Assembly (NCBI GenBank): GCA_964461815.1
Contig: CAYWVF010000014.1
Coordinates: forward strand, 1,515-65,514
Length of the DNA: 64,000 nucleotides
Origin: an uncultured Oscillospiraceae bacterium
Lineage (GTDB): Bacteria; Bacillota; Clostridia; Oscillospirales; QAMX01
Direction of reading: 5' to 3'
Of this stretch, positions 27,917 to 38,438 are shown piece after piece. Numbering within the stretch: the stretch's first letter is position 1; every line of letters begins with the position of its first letter. The notes below the pieces were generated by a model, which had not been told where the DNA came from, did no database searches, and saw nothing but the letters and a program-made list of their open reading frames with translations. The position numbers and the translations under genes were made by a program.

Positions 27917-29370
27917 TGAAGAAATACCGTCCATTGATAATTGCGGCGATAGTTCTCGTTATTCTCCTTGCCGCATACTTTTTAATAATAACGTTAGTGC
28001 CTGAGAAGGCTGAAGAAACAACGACAAGCACATCGGCATCGGAAAAGTATGTACTGACCGACTATGAGCTTGTGGATGTTGACTATATGAAATTCACCTA
28101 TTATGATGATTACGAGTATGTGATCGACTGTAAGGTGACATATAATGATGCAGGTGTTGCAACAAGAAACTACATCATCGAGGGTAAGAGCCAGTACGAA
28201 TACGACCGCTCTGCACTCGGTATGGCAGCTATGTATCTTGCCGACATTTCAGTGACAAGCTTTGTCGAAGAAAATCCGAAGGATATAGCAAAATACGGAC
28301 TCGAAGATCCTTATGTAAGATTTGAGATCGCAGACAATGACGGAAATAAATCTGTTGTTCTCCTTGGTGATTCATCACCTGTAGGCACAGGCTCATACGC
28401 TATGCTCGAGGGTGGAGACAAGGTATTTGTGCTCAGCACATCTGTAGCAAAATACATGATCCAGAATGATATGTCGTATCGTACACTTACGCTGACAAAT
28501 TTCGAGGATTACACATCCATCAAGAGAGTATCGGTGACACAGCCGAATGCTGCTGCTATCGAGATCGACAGCAGAACAGAGGAAGAAATGAAGGCAGCCG
28601 GAATCTATGCTTCACAGTATATTTTCAAGCAGCCTGTAGAGCGTGAAGCCAATGACACAACGCTCGCTGAGGAGATATTCCCAAATCTGCTTGCTATTTC
28701 CGCATATCGTGTGGTCGAGGATTCACTGGATAATCTTGAAGAATACGGTCTTACAGAAAATGTAACGGTCTTTGAGATCGAAGATGTAGACGGAAATGTA
28801 AAGAAGGTCACACTTTCCGAACCCGATGAAAACGGATATCGTTATGGTGTCATCACGGGTATAATGTCCGTATATCAATTTAAGGATTCATCCTTTGAAA
28901 GTCTTTTCACAATGGATTACAGACGCTTTATCAACAAGCTCATATGGATCCACACCATTACGGATGTAGGAAGTGTTGAAATCGATATCAAGGGTGAGAA
29001 GCATGTTCTTGATATATATGCTCCTACAGCAGAAGAGGAAGAAGCCGGTAAGGAATTTTATGCGGAATTTGACAACGGCGATATTCTCGAGGATAATGCA
29101 AGAAGACTTTTTGCAAGAGTACTGTCCCCGACATTCTACGATTTGATCGACGGCGAGATCGAAGCAGGCAAGATTGAATACGAGTTTAAGATCATTTACG
29201 ACGAGAAGGATGAAGAGCATGTTCTCCAGTTCGCTCCGATAAATGACAGACAGTATATTGCATATCTCAACGGTGAAGCAACAGATTATTATGTAAATAT
29301 AAATGATCTGAAGACGATCGAGAAAGCTATAGCCACTATTGAAAACGGCGAAATACTTTCGATGACATGA
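27916..29370 (+). CDS. DUF4340-like protein (N-terminal TM anchor plus a large extracytoplasmic domain)
   Basis: 484 aa. ATGA overlap with the upstream gene. This architecture commonly completes GldG-type clusters. Confidence 0.6.
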   Translation: MKKYRPLIIAAIVLVILLAAYFLIITLVPEKAEETTTSTSASEKYVLTDYELVDVDYMKFTYYDDYEYVIDCKVTYNDAGVATRNYIIEGKSQYEYDRSALGMAAMYLADISVTSFVEENPKDIAKYGLEDPYVRFEIADNDGNKSVVLLGDSSPVGTGSYAMLEGGDKVFVLSTSVAKYMIQNDMSYRTLTLTNFEDYTSIKRVSVTQPNAAAIEIDSRTEEEMKAAGIYASQYIFKQPVEREANDTTLAEEIFPNLLAISAYRVVEDSLDNLEEYGLTENVTVFEIEDVDGNVKKVTLSEPDENGYRYGVITGIMSVYQFKDSSFESLFTMDYRRFINKLIWIHTITDVGSVEIDIKGEKHVLDIYAPTAEEEEAGKEFYAEFDNGDILEDNARRLFARVLSPTFYDLIDGEIEAGKIEYEFKIIYDEKDEEHVLQFAPINDRQYIAYLNGEATDYYVNINDLKTIEKAIATIENGEILSMT

Positions 29371-29385
29371 TAGAAGCATAAAAAT

Positions 29386-29421
29386 AGGACCTCGCAGCAA
29401 ATAATGCGAGGTCCTTTGCTT
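29386..29421 (+). terminator. Rho-independent terminator
   Basis: 11-bp stem AGGACCTCGCA / TGCGAGGTCCT followed by TTGCTT. Confidence 0.55.
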
Positions 29422-29455
29422 AGATTATAGCATTGTCACAAAAAAGAGGTAAATT

Positions 29456-29956
29456 ATGGATAAACTTATTGATACTGGAAAAATAGTAAATACACATGCA
29501 GTTTCGGGAGAGGTAAAGATCGAGCCATGGGCAGACAGCCCTGACTTTCTGTGCGGCTTCAAACGCTTTTTCATCAGCGGCACGGAATATGAGGTGGTAA
29601 GAGCCAGAGTTCATAAGGGCTATGTTATTGCAAAGCTCTACGGTGTTGATACTGTCGAGACAGCAATGAGTATGCGAGGCATGATAGTTAGGATTGCAAG
29701 AGAGGACGTCGAGCTGCCCGAGGGCTCCTACTTTATAAGAGATATAATCGGATGCGACGTATACGATCTCAGACTTGAAAAGAACGTAGGCAAGCTAAAG
29801 GATATTTTGTCGCTGCCTGCCGGAGCTGTCTATGTTATAAAGGATGGGGACAGCGAGTTTATGATACCGGAAAACGGTGGATTTATAAAAAATATCGATC
29901 CCAAGGAAAGACTTATCACAGTGATGACAATAGAGGGTATGGAGCATGAAAATTGA
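29456..29956 (+). CDS. rimM: Ribosome maturation factor RimM
   Basis: GKIVNTHAVSGEVKIEPW N-terminal RimM domain and PRC-barrel C-terminus. Confidence 0.9.
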   Translation: MDKLIDTGKIVNTHAVSGEVKIEPWADSPDFLCGFKRFFISGTEYEVVRARVHKGYVIAKLYGVDTVETAMSMRGMIVRIAREDVELPEGSYFIRDIIGCDVYDLRLEKNVGKLKDILSLPAGAVYVIKDGDSEFMIPENGGFIKNIDPKERLITVMTIEGMEHEN

Positions 29957-30704
29957 TATAATGACACTGTTTCCGGAGCAGATAGAGGTCGTAATGGGCG
30001 GCAGTGTTATAGGCAGAGCAGCGAAAAAAGGACTGATCGAGATCAAGGCTACCAATATCCGTGATTTCTCGCCCACACGTAACCGCCGTACAGATGATTA
30101 TCCCTACGGAGGCGGAAAGGGACTTGTAATGCTTGCCGAGCCGCTGTACCTATGCCATACTCATCTGTGTGAGCAGGCAGGGCATAGAGTCCACACAATA
30201 TTGATGAGCGCACAGGGAAGACCATTTACTCAGAAAAGAGCGAAGGAGCTATTGAAGCTGGAGCATATAATACTTGTATGCGGTCATTATGAGGGCGTAG
30301 ACGAGAGATTTATAGAGGAATGTGTCGATGAGGAAATATCACTTGGCGATTTTGTACTTACAGGCGGCGAGATACCTGCAATGGCGGTAGCCGACAGTAT
30401 TTGCCGCATGGTACCGGGAGTGCTGAGTGAAGAGGTATGCTTTACCGATGAAAGTCACTGGGACGGAGTGCTGGAATATCCTCAATACACTAGGCCGGAG
30501 GAGTGGCGAGGCAGAAAGGTACCGCCTGTGCTGCTCAGCGGGCATCATGCCAATATTGCAAAGTGGCAGCGTAAGCAGGCATTGATCAGAACGATGCGCC
30601 GCAGACCTGAGCTGCTTGCAAAGGCTGAGCTGTCATATGAGGATAATGCCTTTTTGTCGGAAACCTTATATAATGCATCTAAAACAACGGATGAAAAAGC
30701 GTAA
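29946..30704 (+). CDS. trmD: tRNA (guanine37-N1)-methyltransferase
   Basis: MKIDIMTLFPE start. SPOUT knot motifs. Overlaps rimM. Confidence 0.9.
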   Translation: MKIDIMTLFPEQIEVVMGGSVIGRAAKKGLIEIKATNIRDFSPTRNRRTDDYPYGGGKGLVMLAEPLYLCHTHLCEQAGHRVHTILMSAQGRPFTQKRAKELLKLEHIILVCGHYEGVDERFIEECVDEEISLGDFVLTGGEIPAMAVADSICRMVPGVLSEEVCFTDESHWDGVLEYPQYTRPEEWRGRKVPPVLLSGHHANIAKWQRKQALIRTMRRRPELLAKAELSYEDNAFLSETLYNASKTTDEKA

Positions 30705-30810
30705 AATTGCAGTTTTAATCACTTTGTAACGAATTTGTTGTTGATTTAAACGATGATAAATGGTAACATATAGCTGTGAAGCGGGAAATAGTGGTAAAGG
30801 AGGCTTACAA

Positions 30811-31440
30811 ATGCTTGAATACTGGGAAAACATATCCGCTTTGACAAGATTCTTTTATTATCTTGCGATACCGGCAACGGCTGTTTTGCTGATACAGACA
30901 GTGCTTGCCATAGTGGGGATCGGCGATTCTGACGGAGATGTTGACGTGGACACGAATGTGGACTACGATTTTGACACGGATGCGGAGATAGCCGACGTTG
31001 ATACGGTGGATGATCTCGCAGAAAGTGCGAGCCCGTCCGGCTTCAGAATGTTTACGGTCAAGGGCATTGTGGCATTCTTTGCGATATTCGGCTGGGTCGG
31101 GATCGTTATGAGTACGTCGGGGTATGATACATTCCTGACGGCTATCGTCAGTATTATTGCCGGAATCGTCGCTATGGCAGGTGTCGCATTTATCTTTTAC
31201 TCCATGTCGAAGCTTCAGTACGACGGTACATTCAATTATAATGATGCTATAGATCACGACGGTAAGGTATATATCCCGATACCGGCAGCGGGAAAAGGTG
31301 TTGGGAAGATACAAATAGGTGTCGGAGAGAGATTTATGGAGCTTGCGGCGATGACAGAAGAGGAAAGCACAATACCGACTGGAACGGTCGTGAAGGTGAC
31401 ACGAGTTGAGGGAAATCTTCTTGTCGTAAGGAGCGTTTAA
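30811..31440 (+). CDS. NfeD-family membrane protein (short form, C-terminal OB-fold)
   Basis: Start at MLEYWEN with an AAAGGAGG ribosome-binding site. Acidic D/V-rich loop, 2-3 TM helices, C-terminal GTVVKVTRVEGNLLVV beta-barrel region. Confidence 0.7.
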   Translation: MLEYWENISALTRFFYYLAIPATAVLLIQTVLAIVGIGDSDGDVDVDTNVDYDFDTDAEIADVDTVDDLAESASPSGFRMFTVKGIVAFFAIFGWVGIVMSTSGYDTFLTAIVSIIAGIVAMAGVAFIFYSMSKLQYDGTFNYNDAIDHDGKVYIPIPAAGKGVGKIQIGVGERFMELAAMTEEESTIPTGTVVKVTRVEGNLLVVRSV

Positions 31441-31524
31441 AGATAGATCGTTTCATGCAATGGGGCTAAAAGCACCGGGCTAAAACGCAGATAAATATTT
31501 TTCAGTAAAGGAAAGGATAGGAAA

Positions 31525-32919
31525 ATGGAAGGTTTGATTTTAGCAACAGTAATCGTATTACTTATTTTCTCACTGCTGATCGCACTCCTGTCACGTTACA
31601 AAAAGTGTCCATCCGATAAGATAATGGTTATTTACGGTAGCGTAGGCAAGATGAATGACGGAGCAGCCAGAAGTGCAAAGTGTATACATGGTGGCGCTGC
31701 ATTCGTTTGGCCGATAGTACAGAGCTATCAGTATATGTCATTGACACCTATTTCTATTGAGGTCGCACTTAAGAGTGCATTGTCAAAGCAGAACATCAGA
31801 ATCGATGTGCCGTCAAGGTTTACGGTAGGTATCTCCACAGAGCCCGGAATAATGCAGAATGCAGCGGAAAGACTTCTCGGACTCAGAATGTCGGAGATAG
31901 AAGAGATAGCAAAGGATATCCTTTTCGGTCAGCTGCGTTTGGTAGTTGCAACGATGGATATCGAGGAAATAAATACAGATAGAGATAAATTCCTTGAAGC
32001 TGTGTCCTACAATGTTGAAACAGAGCTTAATAAGATCGGTCTGCGCCTTATCAACGTTAACGTTACGGATATCAATGATGAGTCAGGCTATATTGACGCT
32101 CTCGGTAAGGAAGCTGCTGCTAAGGCTATCAACGACGCTAAGCAGTCTGTTGCAGAGAAAAACCGTGACGGTTCTATAGGTGAAGCTAATGCTCAGCGTG
32201 ATCAGCGTGTAAACGTAGCGTCTGCAAACTCAAAGGCGATCGAGGGTGAAAACCTTGCGAAGATAACGATCGCACAGTCAGAGGCAGAGCGCAGAATGAA
32301 GGAAGCTGAAGCACTGAGACTTGCAACGGCAGCAGAAAAGGTACAGAGCGCACTTGCAATGAAGGAAGCATATGCGGCACAGGAGGAAGCCGAGGTCGCA
32401 CGTGCCAGCCGTGAAAAGGCAACGCAGGAGGCAGACGTTCTCGTAATCGCCGAGATCAATAAGCGTAAGCTTGAGCTTGAAGCTGAGGCTGAAGCGGAAC
32501 AGATAAGACGCCGTGCTAATGGTGAAGCTGATGCTATTTATGCACAGATGGAAGCTAAGGCACGTGGTACAGAGGAGCTTCTCAGACGTCAGGCAGCAGG
32601 CTTTGCACAGATCGTATCCGCTGTAGGCGGCGATTCCAACGATGCACTTCGTATGATGATCGCCGATAAGCTTGAGACATTGGTCAAGACTCAGGTAGAG
32701 GCTGTATCCAATATGAAGATTGACAAGATCACAGTTTGGGATGGCGGCGGAAACGGCGATAAGACCGCTACATCTAATTTCGTGTCCGGCATGATGAAGT
32801 CTATTCCTCCGATGCAGGAGCTGTTCAACATGGCAGGAATGGAGCTTCCCGAGTACCTCGGTACAAAGAAGACCGAAGAAGCACCGAAAGAACAGACCGG
32901 TGAGTGTACTGCAGAGTAA
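31525..32919 (+). CDS. Flotillin-like SPFH/band-7 protein
   Basis: N-terminal TM helix, SPFH domain, long EA-rich coiled-coil region (EAEALRLATAAEK...). Confidence 0.85.
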   Translation: MEGLILATVIVLLIFSLLIALLSRYKKCPSDKIMVIYGSVGKMNDGAARSAKCIHGGAAFVWPIVQSYQYMSLTPISIEVALKSALSKQNIRIDVPSRFTVGISTEPGIMQNAAERLLGLRMSEIEEIAKDILFGQLRLVVATMDIEEINTDRDKFLEAVSYNVETELNKIGLRLINVNVTDINDESGYIDALGKEAAAKAINDAKQSVAEKNRDGSIGEANAQRDQRVNVASANSKAIEGENLAKITIAQSEAERRMKEAEALRLATAAEKVQSALAMKEAYAAQEEAEVARASREKATQEADVLVIAEINKRKLELEAEAEAEQIRRRANGEADAIYAQMEAKARGTEELLRRQAAGFAQIVSAVGGDSNDALRMMIADKLETLVKTQVEAVSNMKIDKITVWDGGGNGDKTATSNFVSGMMKSIPPMQELFNMAGMELPEYLGTKKTEEAPKEQTGECTAE

Positions 32920-32926
32920 ATATACA

Positions 32927-32964
32927 AGAAATATCCGAGCATCCCGGGATGCTCGGATATTTCT
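32927..32964. terminator. Bidirectional rho-independent terminator
   Basis: 16-bp stem AAATATCCGAGCATCC / GGATGCTCGGATATTT. Lies between convergent genes. Confidence 0.65.
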
Positions 32965-32987
32965 TGTGTGATGGATCAATATTAATT

Positions 32988-33890
32988 TTAAAGCATACCG
33001 ATGATAGCAATAGCCGCACAGCCGAGGATAAAGCCTGTGATTTGAGTACGATTGCTTTTTTCATGGAAAAGGATGTTTGAAAAAATACCTGTTAGGATCA
33101 TGCTTCCGATATTGAAGATAGGGAACTGAATAACGCTTGGGATCTTTCCGGCAAGGGTGAAATTCAGAAGATTTGCAAACCCGAGACATGTACCGCTGAT
33201 AAGAGACAGCTTCAAAAGCTGCTTTTTGTTTGATTTTTCACTCGGATCCTTGACGGTTTCACCTTTTTTTGCGGTTTTAGTCGATATAAGATGAAGTAAG
33301 CCGGACAAGAGCGATGAAAATATAAATGCGAAAATGAGAAAGAACGGAAGCTCGTCGGCGTAATTGCTGCGCTGCTGTATTTTCTGAAAAGCAGCACTCA
33401 GTCCCGACAGCGACATTGACAGGAAAGAGAAAAATAGCCATTTTTTTGATGCCTTGAAGCTTTCTTTTCTTGGATCAACGATCAAGTACAGCGCTGCCAA
33501 TAATAATACAACGCCGAAGATCTGGTATATCGATGCGGTTTCGTTCCAAAAAATAATGCTGACGATTATGGGTATCAGGAAGCCGCATGAATAAATGAGC
33601 GTAGTCGAGGCGGCAGAGCCCAATGACATTGCGATGATCTGCGTCACCTGTGTGAAAAGCATGATAGCAGAAAAGACGAGCGCAAGAAGCACCGTATACG
33701 GAGCAGCATGGAATATATTTACAAGCTCTCTGCCTGCAATGAAGAATGCTATGATAAGCGCAAACAGAAAGGTGAAGCAATTGAGCAAAAATACATTTTT
33801 GAGTGAATATGAGGTCGTGCCGATCTTTTTGAATATCAGGGCTTTGCTCGAGGATATAAGAGTTGAAAAGACAAGAAGCAAATAATTCAT
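32988..33890 (-). CDS. DMT-superfamily (EamA-like) membrane transporter
   Basis: 300 aa, about 10 TM helices. Duplicated 5-TM pattern. Confidence 0.55.
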   Translation of the reverse strand: MNYLLLVFSTLISSSKALIFKKIGTTSYSLKNVFLLNCFTFLFALIIAFFIAGRELVNIFHAAPYTVLLALVFSAIMLFTQVTQIIAMSLGSAASTTLIYSCGFLIPIIVSIIFWNETASIYQIFGVVLLLAALYLIVDPRKESFKASKKWLFFSFLSMSLSGLSAAFQKIQQRSNYADELPFFLIFAFIFSSLLSGLLHLISTKTAKKGETVKDPSEKSNKKQLLKLSLISGTCLGFANLLNFTLAGKIPSVIQFPIFNIGSMILTGIFSNILFHEKSNRTQITGFILGCAAIAIIGML

Positions 33891-33992
33891 TACTGATCTC
33901 CTTTTGTTTTATGGACATATTATAGCATTTATATGAAAAATATGATATAATGAAAATATAAAAAATATAACAAATCTACACTCGGGGATATT

Positions 33993-34868
33993 ATGAAAAA
34001 GGTATACATTCCAAAAACACCGGATAGCGGCGGTACAGAGATGTACGGCTTTGAGTATCAGACGGGCGTGACTGCAACGAATATGCACTGGCATAGCTGT
34101 GCGGAGCTTATATATGTGATAAAGACCGATACACGGATATTTTTTAACAACAGATGGAACACTCTGCATGAGGATGATATGGTATTTATTCCACCGAGAC
34201 GCATACATTACTGCCGATGCATGGATGAGAATGCGGTGCGGCTCGTCGTAGGTATCGGTGAGAGCGTGATCTGTCCGGATAACGAGAAAAGTGACGAGCT
34301 CCTGATACCGTTTGAAACGGAAAGAATAGACGATCACTGCATATTCAGAAATGTTTCAAGAGATAAAATAGGGGAAAAGCTCATGCTTTTGCATGAATAT
34401 GAGAGAAAAAAGCCGTCGGCATACATGCTGCTCTCACGTGCGATACTGATGGAAATATATGCGTATGTATACAGCACATGGGAGGAGAATGATCTGCTTT
34501 CGGAGACACAGCAAAACAGCAGGATAGTAAGAAATATTGCAAAAATGCTGCAAGAAGATATAGTCAATGCACCTACAGCATATGAGATGGCAAATAAGCT
34601 GAATATCAGCTACAGCTATATGAGTAAGCTATTGCGTGATAATCTGAGTACTACATATGGTGAGCTCATAAATAAAGTACGCACAGATGAAGCAAAGAAA
34701 ATGCTATTGACAACAGATAAGAGCGTAACGGATATCGGATACGACTGCGGCTTTTGCGACAGCAGCTATTTTATTAAGATATTCAGACGGTACACCGGCG
34801 TTACTCCGCTCAAGTATAAAAACAACGGATTGTATGATCAAAAAATGCCGCTACAGGAAAAAAGTTAA
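33993..34868 (+). CDS. AraC-family transcriptional regulator (cupin + HTH)
   Basis: C-terminal HTH_AraC (YEMANKLNISYSYMSKLLR ... DCGFCDSSYFIKIFRRYTGVTP). Divergent from the DMT gene. Confidence 0.8.
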   Translation: MKKVYIPKTPDSGGTEMYGFEYQTGVTATNMHWHSCAELIYVIKTDTRIFFNNRWNTLHEDDMVFIPPRRIHYCRCMDENAVRLVVGIGESVICPDNEKSDELLIPFETERIDDHCIFRNVSRDKIGEKLMLLHEYERKKPSAYMLLSRAILMEIYAYVYSTWEENDLLSETQQNSRIVRNIAKMLQEDIVNAPTAYEMANKLNISYSYMSKLLRDNLSTTYGELINKVRTDEAKKMLLTTDKSVTDIGYDCGFCDSSYFIKIFRRYTGVTPLKYKNNGLYDQKMPLQEKS

Positions 34869-34876
34869 ATAAACTA

Positions 34877-34905
34877 TTGACAAAACCGCATATTGAGACT
34901 ATAAT
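34877..34905 (+). promoter_or_regulatory. Consensus sigma-A promoter for the ileS leader
   Basis: TTGACA, 17-nt spacer, TATAAT. Confidence 0.55.
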
Positions 34906-34911
34906 TATGGT

Positions 34912-35160
34912 AATCGTAATATTTTAAAGACGTTGACGAAGACAGTAACATATATCGAATATCCGTAGCGAGTCCGGGAAGGTGTGAGCCGGATGATGAG
35001 TACATATGTGTGAATATCACTTCTGAGTTGCGGGCTGAACCTGTAGTAAGCTTCGACGGCATCCCTCCGTTATTTCGGGAAGCATATGACAGTATGTTTA
35101 ATAGGTGGTATAAACGTAGGCTGAGCCTCGTCCTGTTAATATGGACGAGGTTTTATTTGT
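34912..35160 (+). promoter_or_regulatory. T-box-like leader/attenuator for ileS (putative Ile specifier AUC)
   Basis: About 300-nt leader. GA-motif region GATGATGAGTA. ATCA in a loop context. Degenerate T-box element TAGGTGGTA immediately 5' of a strong terminator hairpin. Confidence 0.5.
35126..35160 (+). terminator. Leader terminator (attenuator) upstream of ileS
   Basis: CCTCGTCC ...loop... GGACGAGG followed by TTTTATTTGTG, about 60 nt upstream of the ileS ATG. Confidence 0.7.
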
Positions 35161-35217
35161 GCTTATGCATACAAAAACTGTCAAAAATAAAATGTATTAA
35201 TATTTTGGAGGTCATTA

Positions 35218-38200
35218 TGTACGAAAAAGTGCCTACAAGTTTGAACTTCGTCGATCGTGAGAAGAAGGTCGAGAAGTTCTGGGCAGATAATAACATCTTC
35301 CGCAAGAGTATGGAAATACGTGAAGGCTGTGAGGCGTATTCCTTTTACGATGGTCCGCCTACAGCTAACGGCAAGCCGCATATAGGTCATGTTCTTACAC
35401 GTGTTATTAAGGATATGATACCGCGTTACCGTACAATGAAGGGCTATAAGGTCGTCAGAAAAGCAGGCTGGGATACACATGGTCTTCCTGTTGAGCTTGA
35501 GGTCGAAAAGCTTCTCGGTCTTGACGGTAAGGAGCAGATAGAGGAGTACGGTGTTGAACCGTTTATCGAAAAGTGTAAGGAAAGCGTCTGGAAGTACAAG
35601 GGCATGTGGGAGAACTTCTCATCTACCGTTGGATTCTGGGCTGACATGGATAACCCGTACGTAACATATCATAACGATTATATCGAATCTGTATGGTGGT
35701 CACTTAAAAAGATCTGGGAAAAGGGTCTTCTTTATAAGGGCTTTAAAATAGTTCCCTATTGTCCTCGCTGCGGTACTCCGCTTTCAAGCCATGAGGTCGC
35801 TCAGGGCTACAAGACAGTTAAGGAACGCTCTGCTGTTGTACGTTTTAAGGTAGTCGGTGAGGATGCTTATATTCTTGCATGGACAACGACACCGTGGACA
35901 CTCCCGTCAAACGTTGCACTCTGCGTAAATCCCGATGAAGCATACCTTAAGGTAAAGGCTGCTGACGGTTACACATACTATATCGCACGTGCGCTTGCAG
36001 ATACAGTGCTTGGCAAGCTTGCAAAGGACGGGGAGCCGGCTTACGAAGTACTCGAAGAGTACGTCGGTACCGATCTTGAACGCAAGGAGTATGAGCCTCT
36101 CTATTCCTGCGCTGTTCCCGTATGTGAGAAGCAGAATAAAAAGGGTCACTATGTAGTTTGTGACAACTATGTAACTATGTCCGACGGTACAGGTATAGTT
36201 CATATTGCTCCGGCATTCGGTGCAGATGACGCACTGGTCGGAAGAAAATATGATCTCCCGTTTGTACAGTTTGTTGACAGCAAGGGTAACATGACAGAGG
36301 AAACACCTTTTGCAGGACTGTTCGTTAAGGATGCAGACCCGAAGGTACTCGTTGATCTTGATGAACGCGGACTTCTCTTCGAAGCACCGAAGTTCGAGCA
36401 TGAATATCCGCACTGCTGGCGCTGCGACACTCCGCTTATATACTACGCACGTGACTCATGGTTTATTGAAATGACCAAGGTCAAGGATGCGCTTATCAGA
36501 AATAATAAGAAGATAAACTGGATCCCTGAATCTATCGGTTCGGGACGCTTCGGTGATTGGCTCAACAATATTCAGGATTGGGGCATAAGCCGTGACCGTT
36601 ACTGGGGCACACCGCTCAATATTTGGGAATGCTCCTGCGGACATCGCCACAGCATCGGTTCTATAGCCGAGCTTAAGGAAATGTCATCCAACTGCCCTGA
36701 GGACATCGAGCTGCATAAGCCGTTTATCGATGCTGTTACGATCAAATGCCCGAAGTGCGGCGGCGAAATGAAGCGCGTTAAAGAGGTTATTGACTGCTGG
36801 TACGATTCAGGCGCTATGCCGTTTGCACAGTGGCACTATCCATTTGAAAATCAGGATATATTTAAGGAAAACTTCCCGGCTAACTTCATCAGTGAAGCCG
36901 TTGACCAGACAAGAGGCTGGTTCTATTCACTCCTTGCTATATCCACACTTATCTTCGATGATATTTCATATAAAAATGTTATCGTTTTAGGACTCGTACA
37001 GGATGAGAACGGTCAGAAGATGTCCAAATCCAAAGGAAATGCCGTAGATCCGTTCGATGCACTCGCAAAATACGGCGCAGATGCCATAAGATGGTATTTC
37101 TACTCCAACAGCGCACCGTGGCTGCCGAATAGATTCTATGATGCGGCAGTTACAGAGGGTCAGCGCAAATTCATGGGTACACTCTGGAACACATATGCGT
37201 TCTTCGTGCTTTATGCGAATATCGATAACTTCGATGCTACGAAGTATACTCTTGAATATGATAAGCTTTCCGTTATGGATAAATGGCTTTTGTCCAAGCT
37301 TAATTCTCTTATAAAGGTCGTTGACGATAATTTGTCAAACTACCGTATCACAGAGACTGCACGTGTTTTACAGGACTTCGTTGATGAGCTTTCCAACTGG
37401 TACGTTCGTCGTTCAAGAGAACGCTTCTGGTCAAAGGGTATGGAGCAGGATAAGATCAATGCTTACATGACGCTCTACACGACGCTTGTTACATTGGCTA
37501 AGCTTGCAGCTCCGATGATACCGTTTATGACTGAGGATATATACCGCAATCTCGTATGCTCTATCGATGCAAATGCTCCCGAAAGCATACACCTCTGCGA
37601 CTATCCTGTTGCAGATGAGAGCATGATCGATGCAGAGCTGGAAGCAAGAATGGAAGAGGTTCTCGAGATCGTTGTGATCGGACGTGCATGCAGAAATGCA
37701 GCTAACATAAAGAACAGACAGCCGATCGGCACGATGTATGTAAAGGCTGAGGAGGCTCTGCCGGAATTCTATCGTGATATCGTCATTGATGAGCTGAATG
37801 TCAAGCAGGCTATCTTTACAGATAACGTTCGTGACTTCACATCTTACTCCTTTAAGCCGCAGCTTCGCACATTAGGTAAGAAGTACGGAAAGCAGCTCAA
37901 TGCTATTCGTGAAGCATTGGCAGAGCTTGACGGAAATGCAGCTATGGATGAGCTGAACGCTACAGGTATTCTCAAGATCGTAGCAGACGGTATGGAGATC
38001 GAGCTTACAAGAGATGATCTTCTCATCGATGCAGCTCAGAAGCCGGGCTTCATGTCTGAAACCGATCATGATATCACAGTTGTTCTCGATACAAATCTTT
38101 CCGAAGAGCTTATCGAGGAAGGCTTTGTCCGTGAGCTGACAAGTAAGATACAGACGATGAGAAAGGACAGCGGCTTTGAGGTGCTGGATAGGATCATCGT

Positions 38201-38372
38201 TCATGAGGCAGGCAACAACAAGGTTAAGGATATCCTTATAAGAAATGCTGAAGAATTAAAATCCGATGTTCTTGCAGAAGAGATCGTATTCGACTCCTCC
38301 TATGAAGGACTTAAGGAATGGAAGATCAACGGCGAAAAGGTAAGCCTCGGCGTTGAAAAGATCAATAATTAA
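35218..38372 (+). CDS. ileS: Isoleucine--tRNA ligase
   Basis: Start at MYEKVPTSLNF. HIGH motif PPTANGKPHIGH. KMSKS present as KMSKSKGN. About 1051 aa. Confidence 0.95.
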
Positions 38373-38384
38373 GTTATAATTAAG

Positions 38385-38417
38385 GAAGCCGGATCGTGTT
38401 GATTCGGCTTCTTTTAG
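38385..38417 (+). terminator. Rho-independent terminator after ileS
   Basis: GAAGCCG ...loop... CGGCTTC followed by TTTTAG. Confidence 0.55.
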
Positions 38418-38438
38418 ATGTGCGAGGATAAGAAAATA

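Noticed and set aside
32278-32979. 233-aa minus-strand ORF, plus nested ORFs at 32186..32459, 32691..32942 and 32825..33064
   Set aside because: All are antisense to the flotillin gene. The flotillin coding region is rich in GAA/GCA/GCT (Glu/Ala) codons, which keeps the reverse frame open. Their products are low-complexity S/L/C-rich sequences with no start context, so they are treated as spurious.
35010-35217. Upstream extension of the ileS ORF (track start at 35010)
   Set aside because: The region contains a promoter, leader motifs and an intrinsic terminator. The ileS N-terminus aligns from MYEKVPTS at 35218 with an AGGT-type ribosome-binding site. The extension is untranslated leader RNA read in frame by chance.
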